A stretch of DNA of 64,000 nt from an uncultured Bacteroidales bacterium. GTDB lineage: Bacteria; Bacteroidota; Bacteroidia; Bacteroidales; JAGOPY01. The DNA is taken from the NCBI GenBank assembly GCA_964567785.1, contig CAZMOK010000007.1:4254-68253 (forward strand), in the 5' to 3' direction. How positions within the stretch are numbered: position 1 is the stretch's first letter; every line of letters starts with the position of its first letter. This document shows positions 20,141 to 28,540 of the stretch, piece by piece. Position numbers and translations under genes: made by a program. A model generated the notes under the pieces. The model had not been told where the DNA came from. It ran no database searches and worked only from the letters and a program-made list of their open reading frames with translations.

Positions 20141-22866
20141 AAATACCATGCAGGCAGAATGCATGCAGATGATCTTTCTTCGAGTACGGAGCTGAAATCC
20201 CACAGCGATCGCTGCATTATCTCCGATTCTTCTTCGTGGCAGTGCAGGCAACTGCCTACGAGCAGGATTTTTCGCTGTTCTGCAACGTTGAACGGGCGGG
20301 CCCCCGGCCTGGTAGCAGCCTGATCGGTCCTCCCGGTCATGAAGGGTATCCAGGCATCTTCCGGCAAACCATCCTCTTTTCTCGGTGCATATTTATTCCC
20401 GAAACTGAAAACACCCTTACCCCCTTCAGTATTATAGACCAGTTCACCCCTGCCATAGCCAATTGCCAGGGGATCGAGGTGACATGATATGCAGCTCCTG
20501 GAGCCGGCTGAAGTTGTATGAGGGGATATCGGCGAATGGAGCCTTTTGAATATTTCCGGGGCTCCGGCTTGGCCGGGAAACCCGGATCTGTCTATTGTCA
20601 AGATCATTCCCGGTGTAAAAGTGCTTATTAACTTATTTTCTCCATCTTCGTCCAGCACACCGAGAACAGGTTCCCCGGCGAGGTATTTCCCGACAAATTC
20701 GATCCACTCGCCCTTTTTCTCCCTGTATTCCAACAGGTCGAAACCTGCGGCTTCCTTATCATATGCATTGTGGCATCCAATACATTGCGGTACCCACGAT
20801 GAGTGGCATGAATTGCAATCCAGGTTTCTGTGGGCTTCTGTTTTTCCGCACACATCGGCAGGAGGATATAAGGGATAGATAGTATCATTGTTCTTTCCCC
20901 TGAGAAAGTATTCACTTTCTTTTACCACCGTGTTAACCATAGCCAACCCTGATGTTCTGCTCCTGATAAATAACCCGCCGGGTTTGTTGAATCCCCTGAG
21001 TGCGGCAATCTTTGCCGCTTCATAGTCAAGATAACCGGTTGTTACCACTTCAGGATCTCCATAAAAATGGCAGTCCTCACACCCTACCTTCACCTGCTCT
21101 TCCTTATGGTGATAGAGGTTTCCATCACCCATTAAACCAAAGGATATATGACAATCTATACATGACATCCCGGATTGATGGTGAACATCGGGGGGCATAT
21201 CCACCATCACCCTGTAGTCGTCCAGGACCGTATAATCATGACCCGGTGGAAGTTTATCCGAGTCCATAAGAGATTCATGCAGTCCCATGTAGCTCAATGA
21301 GATCCTGCCCGACCTGCTGTGACAGCCAAAGCAGTGGTCGTCGCTGATGGCAACCGAAAGTGAAGGATGATGCCGGGGCGATTCCCCGGTTTTCAGCCAA
21401 TTCTCCCGTTCCGCAAGGGATTTGAGCGAATGCTCATCATAATTGAGGTGACAGGCATTGCAACCGCCACCTCTTGATAGCTGGCCAATGGGGCCGGGCT
21501 CTTCCTTGGGGTGGCCGAGATGGCAATGCGCACAAAGATCCCGCAGGTGCTCGTCAGCGGGAGTGTGCCCTATTTCCTCAATATGTGAAAGAACTGAAAG
21601 TGACTCAGATTCATCAAACACATACCGGTTTACACTTACCATCCCGCTAAGCGTTGTCATGATCGAATTATCCACCCTGGATGTTATTTCGGGATGGCAA
21701 CCGGCAGTACCACAACTTCTTCGGGCATCTGCAAGGTTACCCGGAACAATGAGCATATCTTTATGGGCCCTTTCCTTATGCATGGTAAAAGGATCACCCC
21801 CATGGCAACTTGCACACCCAATTGCAGAAGGATCGTGTGAAGTCGTAAGTCCTGTCATTCCTTCATGGCAAACCATACATCCCTCAAACCTTTCACCGGT
21901 CTTTTCTGTCAGTGAAATGCCGTCAGTATATTCCTCCGGAAAACTTGTATTGACGGGGTGATAAACAACTGAAAACAGATTACCGTTCTTCCCTGCCTGT
22001 AAAGACCAGGACCAGTCCTCACCCCGGAAAAAGGAACCGATAAGTGTCAGTACAAGGTAAGCAAGTCCGATAATAAGCAAAGAACGTTTGAGTATCTTGT
22101 TAGGCCCCTGCCTTAATACCCTCACAAGGTAAAAAAGACCGAAAAGCAGAATAAACACCCACCAGATCTGCAACGGATTGGCCATCCAGTGAAGGATCTC
22201 CTGCAAACCTGTAAAATACCATGGACCCTTGGTTGCGAGCTCATAGCCATCGTGCAGGGGCGCCCTGAAAAAGAAGGATATGATGATCAACAGGAAAAAA
22301 GCAATAAGAAACCTGAAAAGGTCGGGCCAGACCGATCTGACGTGTTCATAGGTGAAAGCAATAATTAAAATAGTTGCTGTGGCAATATGATGCACATAGA
22401 TCAACTGGAAATCATCTTCGGTACCCAGTAATGAATAATCCAGGTAATATCCTATAAAGGGAATGCCTGAGAGCAATCCGGAAAAGATCCTCCTTGCCTG
22501 AAGGGCATCTGCATCCCCTTTGAGTATAAAACCTGACAGCATGGCAAAGAAAACAATGGCAATGGTAAGGGTAAGCCTTAACCAGACTCCGCCGCTGACA
22601 TTTTCTTCGGTATTCTGAAAAAAATGATCAAAAATGTGGATTATGGTCAATATCAGAAAAGCCTGCGCACTCCAGAAGTGCAGGTTCCTGAAAAGGTTAC
22701 CGGCAGGATTTTCTATAACCATAAGGCTTAGTGAACCATACGGATCATCAACATCGTAGGGAATAGCCAGCAAAACACCTGATATTATACAAATGATCAG
22801 CGATGAGACTGCCATCCAACCATAAGTATCGAATTTTATGAGCTTTGCTATTCTTTTCAGCTTCAT
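20131..22866 (-). CDS. Fusion protein: cytochrome b6 + subunit-IV-like 7-TM domain with a C-terminal periplasmic domain carrying 12 c-haem motifs
   Basis: H63-x13-H77 and H160-x14-H175 lie in predicted helices B and D. GPWYF (PEWY-like) at aa 214-218. 11 CxxCH plus one Cx4CH (C385-GTAG-C390-H391) lie between aa 330 and 877. Confidence 0.8.
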   Translation of the reverse strand: MKLKRIAKLIKFDTYGWMAVSSLIICIISGVLLAIPYDVDDPYGSLSLMVIENPAGNLFRNLHFWSAQAFLILTIIHIFDHFFQNTEENVSGGVWLRLTLTIAIVFFAMLSGFILKGDADALQARRIFSGLLSGIPFIGYYLDYSLLGTEDDFQLIYVHHIATATILIIAFTYEHVRSVWPDLFRFLIAFFLLIIISFFFRAPLHDGYELATKGPWYFTGLQEILHWMANPLQIWWVFILLFGLFYLVRVLRQGPNKILKRSLLIIGLAYLVLTLIGSFFRGEDWSWSLQAGKNGNLFSVVYHPVNTSFPEEYTDGISLTEKTGERFEGCMVCHEGMTGLTTSHDPSAIGCASCHGGDPFTMHKERAHKDMLIVPGNLADARRSCGTAGCHPEITSRVDNSIMTTLSGMVSVNRYVFDESESLSVLSHIEEIGHTPADEHLRDLCAHCHLGHPKEEPGPIGQLSRGGGCNACHLNYDEHSLKSLAERENWLKTGESPRHHPSLSVAISDDHCFGCHSRSGRISLSYMGLHESLMDSDKLPPGHDYTVLDDYRVMVDMPPDVHHQSGMSCIDCHISFGLMGDGNLYHHKEEQVKVGCEDCHFYGDPEVVTTGYLDYEAAKIAALRGFNKPGGLFIRSRTSGLAMVNTVVKESEYFLRGKNNDTIYPLYPPADVCGKTEAHRNLDCNSCHSSWVPQCIGCHNAYDKEAAGFDLLEYREKKGEWIEFVGKYLAGEPVLGVLDEDGENKLISTFTPGMILTIDRSGFPGQAGAPEIFKRLHSPISPHTTSAGSRSCISCHLDPLAIGYGRGELVYNTEGGKGVFSFGNKYAPRKEDGLPEDAWIPFMTGRTDQAATRPGARPFNVAEQRKILLVGSCLHCHEEESEIMQRSLWDFSSVLEERSSACILPAWYFQD

Positions 22867-23270
22867 GAATAAAGCTTAACTATTATCTGGTTTCCACTTC
22901 GCGTGAATTCTAATTGTTTCAGGTTGTTTTCTGCCGGTCCTTTGAGCACATTGCCTGTTGAGGCCGAAAACCGTGAACCGTGGCAGGGACACACAAGAAT
23001 ATCATTGTGCTGTTTGGTGATCCTGCAACCTAAATGTGTACATGTTGTCGACAGGATCTCTATCTTATCCTCTTTCCTGACCGTTATTATTTTACCTGAG
23101 AGGCCTGTACCTTGTGGAATGGAATCTATGTTTATGCGCATGGTCAGATTTTCACGATGTGAAACGGTTTTACGGGCCATGAAAAACCAGGCGCCTGCTA
23201 AAGGGAGCATAAGCAAATAGCCCAGTGCCTTAATGAAATTTTTTCTCGATATTTCAGTTTTCCCTTTCAC
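22863..23270 (-). CDS. Rieske [2Fe-2S] protein, bc1/b6f type
   Basis: Boxes CTHLGC and CPCHGS. N-terminal SRKNFIK (RK variant of the Tat motif) plus a TM anchor. 4-nt ATGA overlap with the downstream cyt b fusion gene. Confidence 0.85.
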   Translation of the reverse strand: MKGKTEISRKNFIKALGYLLMLPLAGAWFFMARKTVSHRENLTMRINIDSIPQGTGLSGKIITVRKEDKIEILSTTCTHLGCRITKQHNDILVCPCHGSRFSASTGNVLKGPAENNLKQLEFTRSGNQIIVKLYS

Positions 23271-23599
23271 TTTCTTCTATCACAGAATAATAAACAGGTT
23301 AGGTCCTCATACATCTTCTCTTGACTGATAAATGCATGAAATCATTCTGGTTGTTGCCAGCAGACCGTTTTTTTTATGACTATTATCAATAACCATCAAA
23401 ATACTGATTGACTGTTCTTTACAACTATCCCCCGCAATTTAGAATTTGTCAAAATAATTTTATAAAGTATTGACTTTATGGATCTTGCAAAATGATAGTT
23501 CAATAATTTATATTAATTACTATTTTAAATAGTTGATTCTCAATATTTTTACAATTAAACTTAAGATGCTTAAATATAGATAAAACTATATATTATTTT

Positions 23600-23627
23600 T
23601 AAATTTGTGCTGTTACAAAAATAACAG
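23600..23627 (+). promoter_or_regulatory. Putative -7 box TAAATTTG followed by inverted repeat CTGTTA-caaaaa-TAACAG upstream of the molybdoenzyme operon
   Basis: TAnnTTTG match at 23600-23607. 6-bp inverted repeat at 23610-23627, 44 nt upstream of the ATG at 23671. Confidence 0.35.
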
Positions 23628-23670
23628 ATAATACACTACAAAACGGAATAATCCTTCAATATCAGAATAT

Positions 23671-25905
23671 ATGGCTAACAGAAGGGATTTTATCAAAATA
23701 TCGGCTCTTGGCGTTGGAGGAGCGGCCCTTGCTACAACATCCATGAATTGGGTATTGGGCTCTTCCTCCGGTGAAGAGGTGGAGAGTTCATTGCCAAAGC
23801 TTACCAGGTATCCTACCTATTGTGAGGTCTGTTTCTGGAAATGTGCAGGGTGGACATATCTGGATGAACAGGGAAAAATAAAAAGCCTTTACGGAAATTA
23901 TGATGATCCCCATTGTAACGGGCGTTTATGTCCGAGGGGCACAGGTGGTGTTGGAATGTACCATGATAAAGACAGGCTGAAGAGACCTCTTATCAGGGTT
24001 AAAAAAGACGGAAAACAAACCTTCCGCGAAGCCTCCTGGGATGAAGCTCTCGGGCTGGTTGCCGAAAAGATGAAAGAGATAAAGGAAAAGTATGGTCCGG
24101 AATCAATGGCCGTATTCAACCATGGGTCATCAGGGCATTTTTTTGGCCACCTCCTGAAGGCCTATGGTTCTTCGAACATTACAGCCCCTTCTTATGCACA
24201 ATGCAGGGGGCCGAGGGAAGTTGGTTTTGCAACTACATTCGGGGCCGGTGTTGGTTCACCCGAACCAACAGATATAAGAGATACAAGGTGCCTTGTTCTT
24301 ATTGGCTCACACATAGGTGAGAACATGCATAACGGACAGGTCCAGGAAATGTCAGATGCAATTGACAAAGGCGCTGCCATCATAACAGTGGACCCCAGGT
24401 ATTCTACGGCTGCTTCAAAATCAAAATTCTGGCTTCCGATAAAGCCTGCCACCGATATGGCGCTCCTGCTGGCCTGGATACACGTTTTGCTTTATGAAGA
24501 ACTCTACGACAAAGAATACATAGAACAATATGGTTTTGGTCTTGATCAGCTCAGGAAGCACGTTGAGAACATGACCCCTGAATGGGCTTATGGCATTACT
24601 ACAATTAAACCAGAACTTATAAGAGAAAGTGCACGGGAAATGGCTGACGCCTCACCCTCGGTGATCATTCACCCGGGAAGGCATGTGACATGGTATGGTG
24701 ACGACACGCAGCGATCGAGAGCCATTGCAATCCTGAACGCCCTGCTTGGTTCCTGGGGACGCAGGGGTGGCTTTTATTTTAAGGAAGGTATAAGTGTACC
24801 GGAATATCCCCATCCCGAGTACCCTAAACCAGAATGGTCATGGAAAGAGGTGCTCAATGGTAAATATCCTCTCGCAGGGCTGTCGGTTTCCAATGCACTT
24901 GTTGAAGCATCCTGCCCACCGGAAACTGAGCACCGGATTCACGGGTGGATCGTAACAGGGACAAACCTGCCCATGACAATGCCGAACAAGGAATCGCTAA
25001 TGGAGGCCATTGATTCGCTCGACTTCCTGGCTGTTTGTGATACTATGCCGATGGAAATAGCCAGCTATGCAGATGTGGTCCTTCCCGAGTGCACCTATCT
25101 CGAAAGATACGACGAGTTGCGTAATTCCCCCCACAGGGAACCCTATCTTGCACTGAGGATGCCTGCCGCCGAACCAGCAGGCGACTCGAAACCGGCCTGG
25201 TGGATTGCCAAAAAAATAGGTGAAGAACTCGGACTGGACGATTACTTCAACTATGAAGATTATACTGAGGTTCTCGACTGGCAATTGAACAAGCTCGGCT
25301 CTTCACTTGAGGAAATGCAGAAAATTGGGATAAAGAAGTTCGATAGACAATCAGGTCCGCTTTATCTTGCTCCGGGCGAGAAGTACCGGTTCAACACGAA
25401 TACGGGTAAGATTGAATTGTATTCAACCGACCTGGCAAATCTTGGTTTTGACCCAATGCCTGTTTACACGCCACACCCTCAGCCACCTGCTGGTTTCTAT
25501 CGCCTGATTTATGGCAGGGCGCCTATGCATACTTTCAGTCGTACGGCCAATAACCCTAACCTGACAGACCTTATGGAAGAAAATTCGGTTTGGGTAAATC
25601 CACGGGTTGCCGACCTGTGGGGCCTGAGAAAAGACCAGTATGTGTGGCTCAAGAATCAGGACGGTAAGGTTTCATACTTTCCCGTTAAAGTGAGGGTGAC
25701 CGAACGTATAAGATGGGACTCTGTTTATATGGTCCATGGATTCGGTCATCGCATAAAGAAACTCAGCCGTGCTTATGGCAAGGGCACCAACGACTCCGAC
25801 CTTATAACAAATGTTATGACCGACCCGATAATGGGCGGAACGGGTATGAGAGGCAATTTCGTAACCTTTTTAACCGAAGAACCTGAAAAGGAGGATAGAT
25901 CATGA
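23671..25905 (+). CDS. Tat-exported molybdopterin (bis-MGD) oxidoreductase catalytic subunit, PsrA/PhsA-like
   Basis: Twin-arginine signal MANRRDFIKISALGVGGAALA. N-terminal FeS motif C-x2-C-x3-C...C (CEVCFWKC...GRLCPRG). 744 aa. Followed by FeS and NrfD subunits in the order A-B-C. Confidence 0.85.
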   Translation: MANRRDFIKISALGVGGAALATTSMNWVLGSSSGEEVESSLPKLTRYPTYCEVCFWKCAGWTYLDEQGKIKSLYGNYDDPHCNGRLCPRGTGGVGMYHDKDRLKRPLIRVKKDGKQTFREASWDEALGLVAEKMKEIKEKYGPESMAVFNHGSSGHFFGHLLKAYGSSNITAPSYAQCRGPREVGFATTFGAGVGSPEPTDIRDTRCLVLIGSHIGENMHNGQVQEMSDAIDKGAAIITVDPRYSTAASKSKFWLPIKPATDMALLLAWIHVLLYEELYDKEYIEQYGFGLDQLRKHVENMTPEWAYGITTIKPELIRESAREMADASPSVIIHPGRHVTWYGDDTQRSRAIAILNALLGSWGRRGGFYFKEGISVPEYPHPEYPKPEWSWKEVLNGKYPLAGLSVSNALVEASCPPETEHRIHGWIVTGTNLPMTMPNKESLMEAIDSLDFLAVCDTMPMEIASYADVVLPECTYLERYDELRNSPHREPYLALRMPAAEPAGDSKPAWWIAKKIGEELGLDDYFNYEDYTEVLDWQLNKLGSSLEEMQKIGIKKFDRQSGPLYLAPGEKYRFNTNTGKIELYSTDLANLGFDPMPVYTPHPQPPAGFYRLIYGRAPMHTFSRTANNPNLTDLMEENSVWVNPRVADLWGLRKDQYVWLKNQDGKVSYFPVKVRVTERIRWDSVYMVHGFGHRIKKLSRAYGKGTNDSDLITNVMTDPIMGGTGMRGNFVTFLTEEPEKEDRS

Positions 25906-26435
25906 GATACGCCATGGCAATAGACACTAAGAAGTGCGTCGGTTGCAGCGACTGTGTTGTTGCTTGCCAGACCGAGAACAATGTGCCCATTGGTTACTGC
26001 CGTGACTGGGTTACCGAAACCGTTGATGGCAGCTATCCGAACGTTGAAATAGAGCTTCGTTCAGAAAGATGCAATCACTGTGAAAATGCACCCTGCGTGA
26101 GATGCTGCCCTACGGGTGCCAGCCATATTGTAGACGGCGGAGTTGTACTTGTTACACCCAATGAATGTATTGGCTGCGGCGCCTGTATCCAATCATGCCC
26201 ATATGATTCAAGATACTCACACCCGGAAGGGTATGTAGACAAATGTACATTTTGTAACCACAGGATCACTAAGGGCCAGAAGCCGGCATGCGTAGAGGTA
26301 TGTCCGACTAAATGCATGTATTTCGGCGACCTTGACGATCCGAACAGCGAAGTGTCAAACATCTTGAAAAACAGGAAATATAAAGTGCTTGCCCCGGAAG
26401 CAGGCACCATACCCCATGTATATTTTTTAGTCTGA
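25902..26435 (+). CDS. 4Fe-4S ferredoxin-type electron-transfer subunit (PsrB/NrfC-like)
   Basis: Four Cys clusters (CVGCSDCVVAC, CNHCENAPC, CIGCGACIQSC, CTFC...C..C). 4-nt overlap with the catalytic subunit gene. Confidence 0.9.
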   Translation: MRYAMAIDTKKCVGCSDCVVACQTENNVPIGYCRDWVTETVDGSYPNVEIELRSERCNHCENAPCVRCCPTGASHIVDGGVVLVTPNECIGCGACIQSCPYDSRYSHPEGYVDKCTFCNHRITKGQKPACVEVCPTKCMYFGDLDDPNSEVSNILKNRKYKVLAPEAGTIPHVYFLV

Positions 26436-26448
26436 AAAAACTGATAAC

Positions 26449-27390
26449 ATGAGAGAAGAACTTTTTGTTAGCGGACGCGACATACCAAATATTGACCCCT
26501 ATCTCAATATCTGGCACTGGCAGATACCGATATACCTCTTCCTTGGAGGCCTTGCAGCCGGTATCCTTTTCTTCGCCGCATTATACACGATCCTCGGGAA
26601 GGAAAAGGAAATGGCTACCACAACAAAGTGGGCCCCTTTCATAGTTCCCGGTGCACTGGTAATAGGCTTGGTGATGCTCTTTCTCGACCTCAAGCACCAG
26701 TTATTCTTCTGGCAACTTTACACGACGATCAGGCTGGAATCACCAATGTCATGGGGAGCCTGGGTGCTGATGCTGATCACACCTTTGTCAATGCTCTGGG
26801 TAGCCAGCTATATCAAAGAGGTAATACCTAATTGGAAATGGAAGTTCAGATTTATGGATCTACTTGAGGCCTGGGTTATAAGAAACAGGAAAGGCCTTGC
26901 ATGGGTTATAATCGTTCTTGCAGTGATACTAGGCATTTACACCGGTATACTGCTCTCAGCCTTTAATGCCAGACCCCTCTGGAACACCTCCATACTTGGG
27001 CCACTGTTCCTTGTTTCAGGTATGTCAACAGGAGTGGCCACCATAATGTGGATGTCGAAAAACCACTACGAAAGAAAGGTAATGGGAAGGATAGACCTGA
27101 TCCTTATCACTGTTGAATTGTTCTTCATTACACATCTGATAATGGGTTTTCTGGCTTCCTCAAGTGTGCAGATTGCAGCCGCTGAGCTTTTCCTTGGCGG
27201 ACCCTTCACAGTATCATTCTGGGTGTTTGTGGTGATATTCGGCCTTGTGTTCCCGGCACTGCTGGAGGTTCTTGAGCTCGTGGGATACAGGATACCCGTT
27301 GCAATCCCTTCCCTTTTGATCCTTTTCGGAGGGTTGGTCTTTAGGTTCATAATGGTTGAAGCAGGGCAGATAACAAGATATTTATATTAA
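26449..27390 (+). CDS. NrfD/PsrC-type integral membrane quinol-interacting subunit
   Basis: 313 aa, about 8 TM helices. N-terminal W-x-W-x-I-P-x-Y-L-F-L-GG pattern typical of the NrfD family. Confidence 0.85.
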   Translation: MREELFVSGRDIPNIDPYLNIWHWQIPIYLFLGGLAAGILFFAALYTILGKEKEMATTTKWAPFIVPGALVIGLVMLFLDLKHQLFFWQLYTTIRLESPMSWGAWVLMLITPLSMLWVASYIKEVIPNWKWKFRFMDLLEAWVIRNRKGLAWVIIVLAVILGIYTGILLSAFNARPLWNTSILGPLFLVSGMSTGVATIMWMSKNHYERKVMGRIDLILITVELFFITHLIMGFLASSSVQIAAAELFLGGPFTVSFWVFVVIFGLVFPALLEVLELVGYRIPVAIPSLLILFGGLVFRFIMVEAGQITRYLY

Positions 27391-27404
27391 ATACTTAAAA
27401 GAAT

Positions 27405-27932
27405 ATGATTGATAAAAAGAGAGATGGCACAAAGTACATCAACCCATACCTGGGCGGTTTTTTGCTCGGGCTGGTACTGCTTGCCACTTTTTACGTAACA
27501 GGACGCGGACTGGGTGCCAGCGGGGCTGCCAAGAGCACTGTTGTGGCAGCCGTTCAGTCAGTGGCCCCCAAACATGCAGAAAAGTCGGATTACTACAGCA
27601 TTTTCATCAGTGATGATTCACATCCGCTCAACACCTGGCTCGTGTTCGAGGTACTTGGTATCTTTGCCGGTGCTTTTCTTTCAGGCGCACTGGCAGGGAG
27701 GCTCAGGGTAAAAACTGAACACTCACCAAAGATCACTTCCCGCCAGAGACTGCTCTATGCCTTTATAGGTGGTTCGCTATTTGGCATCGGCTCGCAACTT
27801 GCCAGGGGATGTACCAGCGGCGCAGCGCTTTCCGGAATGGCCGTGCTTTCGCTCGGTGGCTTCATTACTATGCTCAGCATCTTTGGGAGTGCCTTTATTT
27901 TTGCGTGGTTACTCAGAAAAATCTGGATATAA
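27405..27932 (+). CDS. YeeE/YedE-family sulfur-compound transporter, half-size subunit 1
   Basis: Multi-TM with the conserved ARGCTSGAALSG motif. Confidence 0.8.
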   Translation: MIDKKRDGTKYINPYLGGFLLGLVLLATFYVTGRGLGASGAAKSTVVAAVQSVAPKHAEKSDYYSIFISDDSHPLNTWLVFEVLGIFAGAFLSGALAGRLRVKTEHSPKITSRQRLLYAFIGGSLFGIGSQLARGCTSGAALSGMAVLSLGGFITMLSIFGSAFIFAWLLRKIWI

Positions 27933-27947
27933 TAAACTCTATATAAT

Positions 27948-28538
27948 ATGGGACCTTTAATTCCAAATGAAATAATAGATCCTGCCTGGAACAATGTGCT
28001 GGCCGTTTTGCTGGGCATGGCTTTCGGGTTTGTACTTGAAGCCTCAGGCTTCTCTTCCTCCCGGAAAATAATGGGGACTTTTTTCGGATACGACTTTGTG
28101 GTGCTCAGGGTTTTCTTCACCGCTGCCATTACTGCTATGGTCGGCATCTTCTATTTTGATTACCTTGGTATACTCGACTTTTCCATGCTTTACATACACC
28201 CTACATACCTCACATCCGCCATCATCGGTGGCATCGTAATGGGGCTCGGTTTTTCATTCGGGGGGTATTGCCCTGGGACAAGCTATTGTGCCGTAGCTAT
28301 TGGAAAGATAGATGCCCTTGTTTTTTCTGTCGGGCTCTTCTTCGGTATATTTGTCTTCTCAGAAGTTTATCCGTTGATAGAAAACATGTACCTCAACAAA
28401 TCACTTGGCCCCATAAAGGTCTTTGAATCAATAGGTATTTCAGGCGAACTCTTCATCTTTCTTCTGATCATTGCAGCTGTTGCCATTTTTGCAGTTACTT
28501 CTTATTTGCAGCAGCGGGTGAAAAAGGTTGAATATTAA
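27948..28538 (+). CDS. YeeE/YedE-family sulfur-compound transporter, half-size subunit 2
   Basis: Multi-TM with GGYCPGTSYCA motif. Immediately follows subunit 1. Confidence 0.8.
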   Translation: MGPLIPNEIIDPAWNNVLAVLLGMAFGFVLEASGFSSSRKIMGTFFGYDFVVLRVFFTAAITAMVGIFYFDYLGILDFSMLYIHPTYLTSAIIGGIVMGLGFSFGGYCPGTSYCAVAIGKIDALVFSVGLFFGIFVFSEVYPLIENMYLNKSLGPIKVFESIGISGELFIFLLIIAAVAIFAVTSYLQQRVKKVEY

Positions 28539-28540
28539 AA

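Noticed and set aside
23519-23533. Palindrome ACTATTT-T-AAATAGT in the 400-bp divergent region.
   Set aside because: It is composed almost entirely of A/T in a very AT-rich stretch, so chance occurrence is high. It is not called as an operator.
23671-25905. Possible selenocysteine (in-frame UGA) recoding in the molybdoenzyme catalytic subunit.
   Set aside because: The ORF is uninterrupted and a Cys occupies the expected ligand region. No in-frame stop or SECIS-like requirement is evident.
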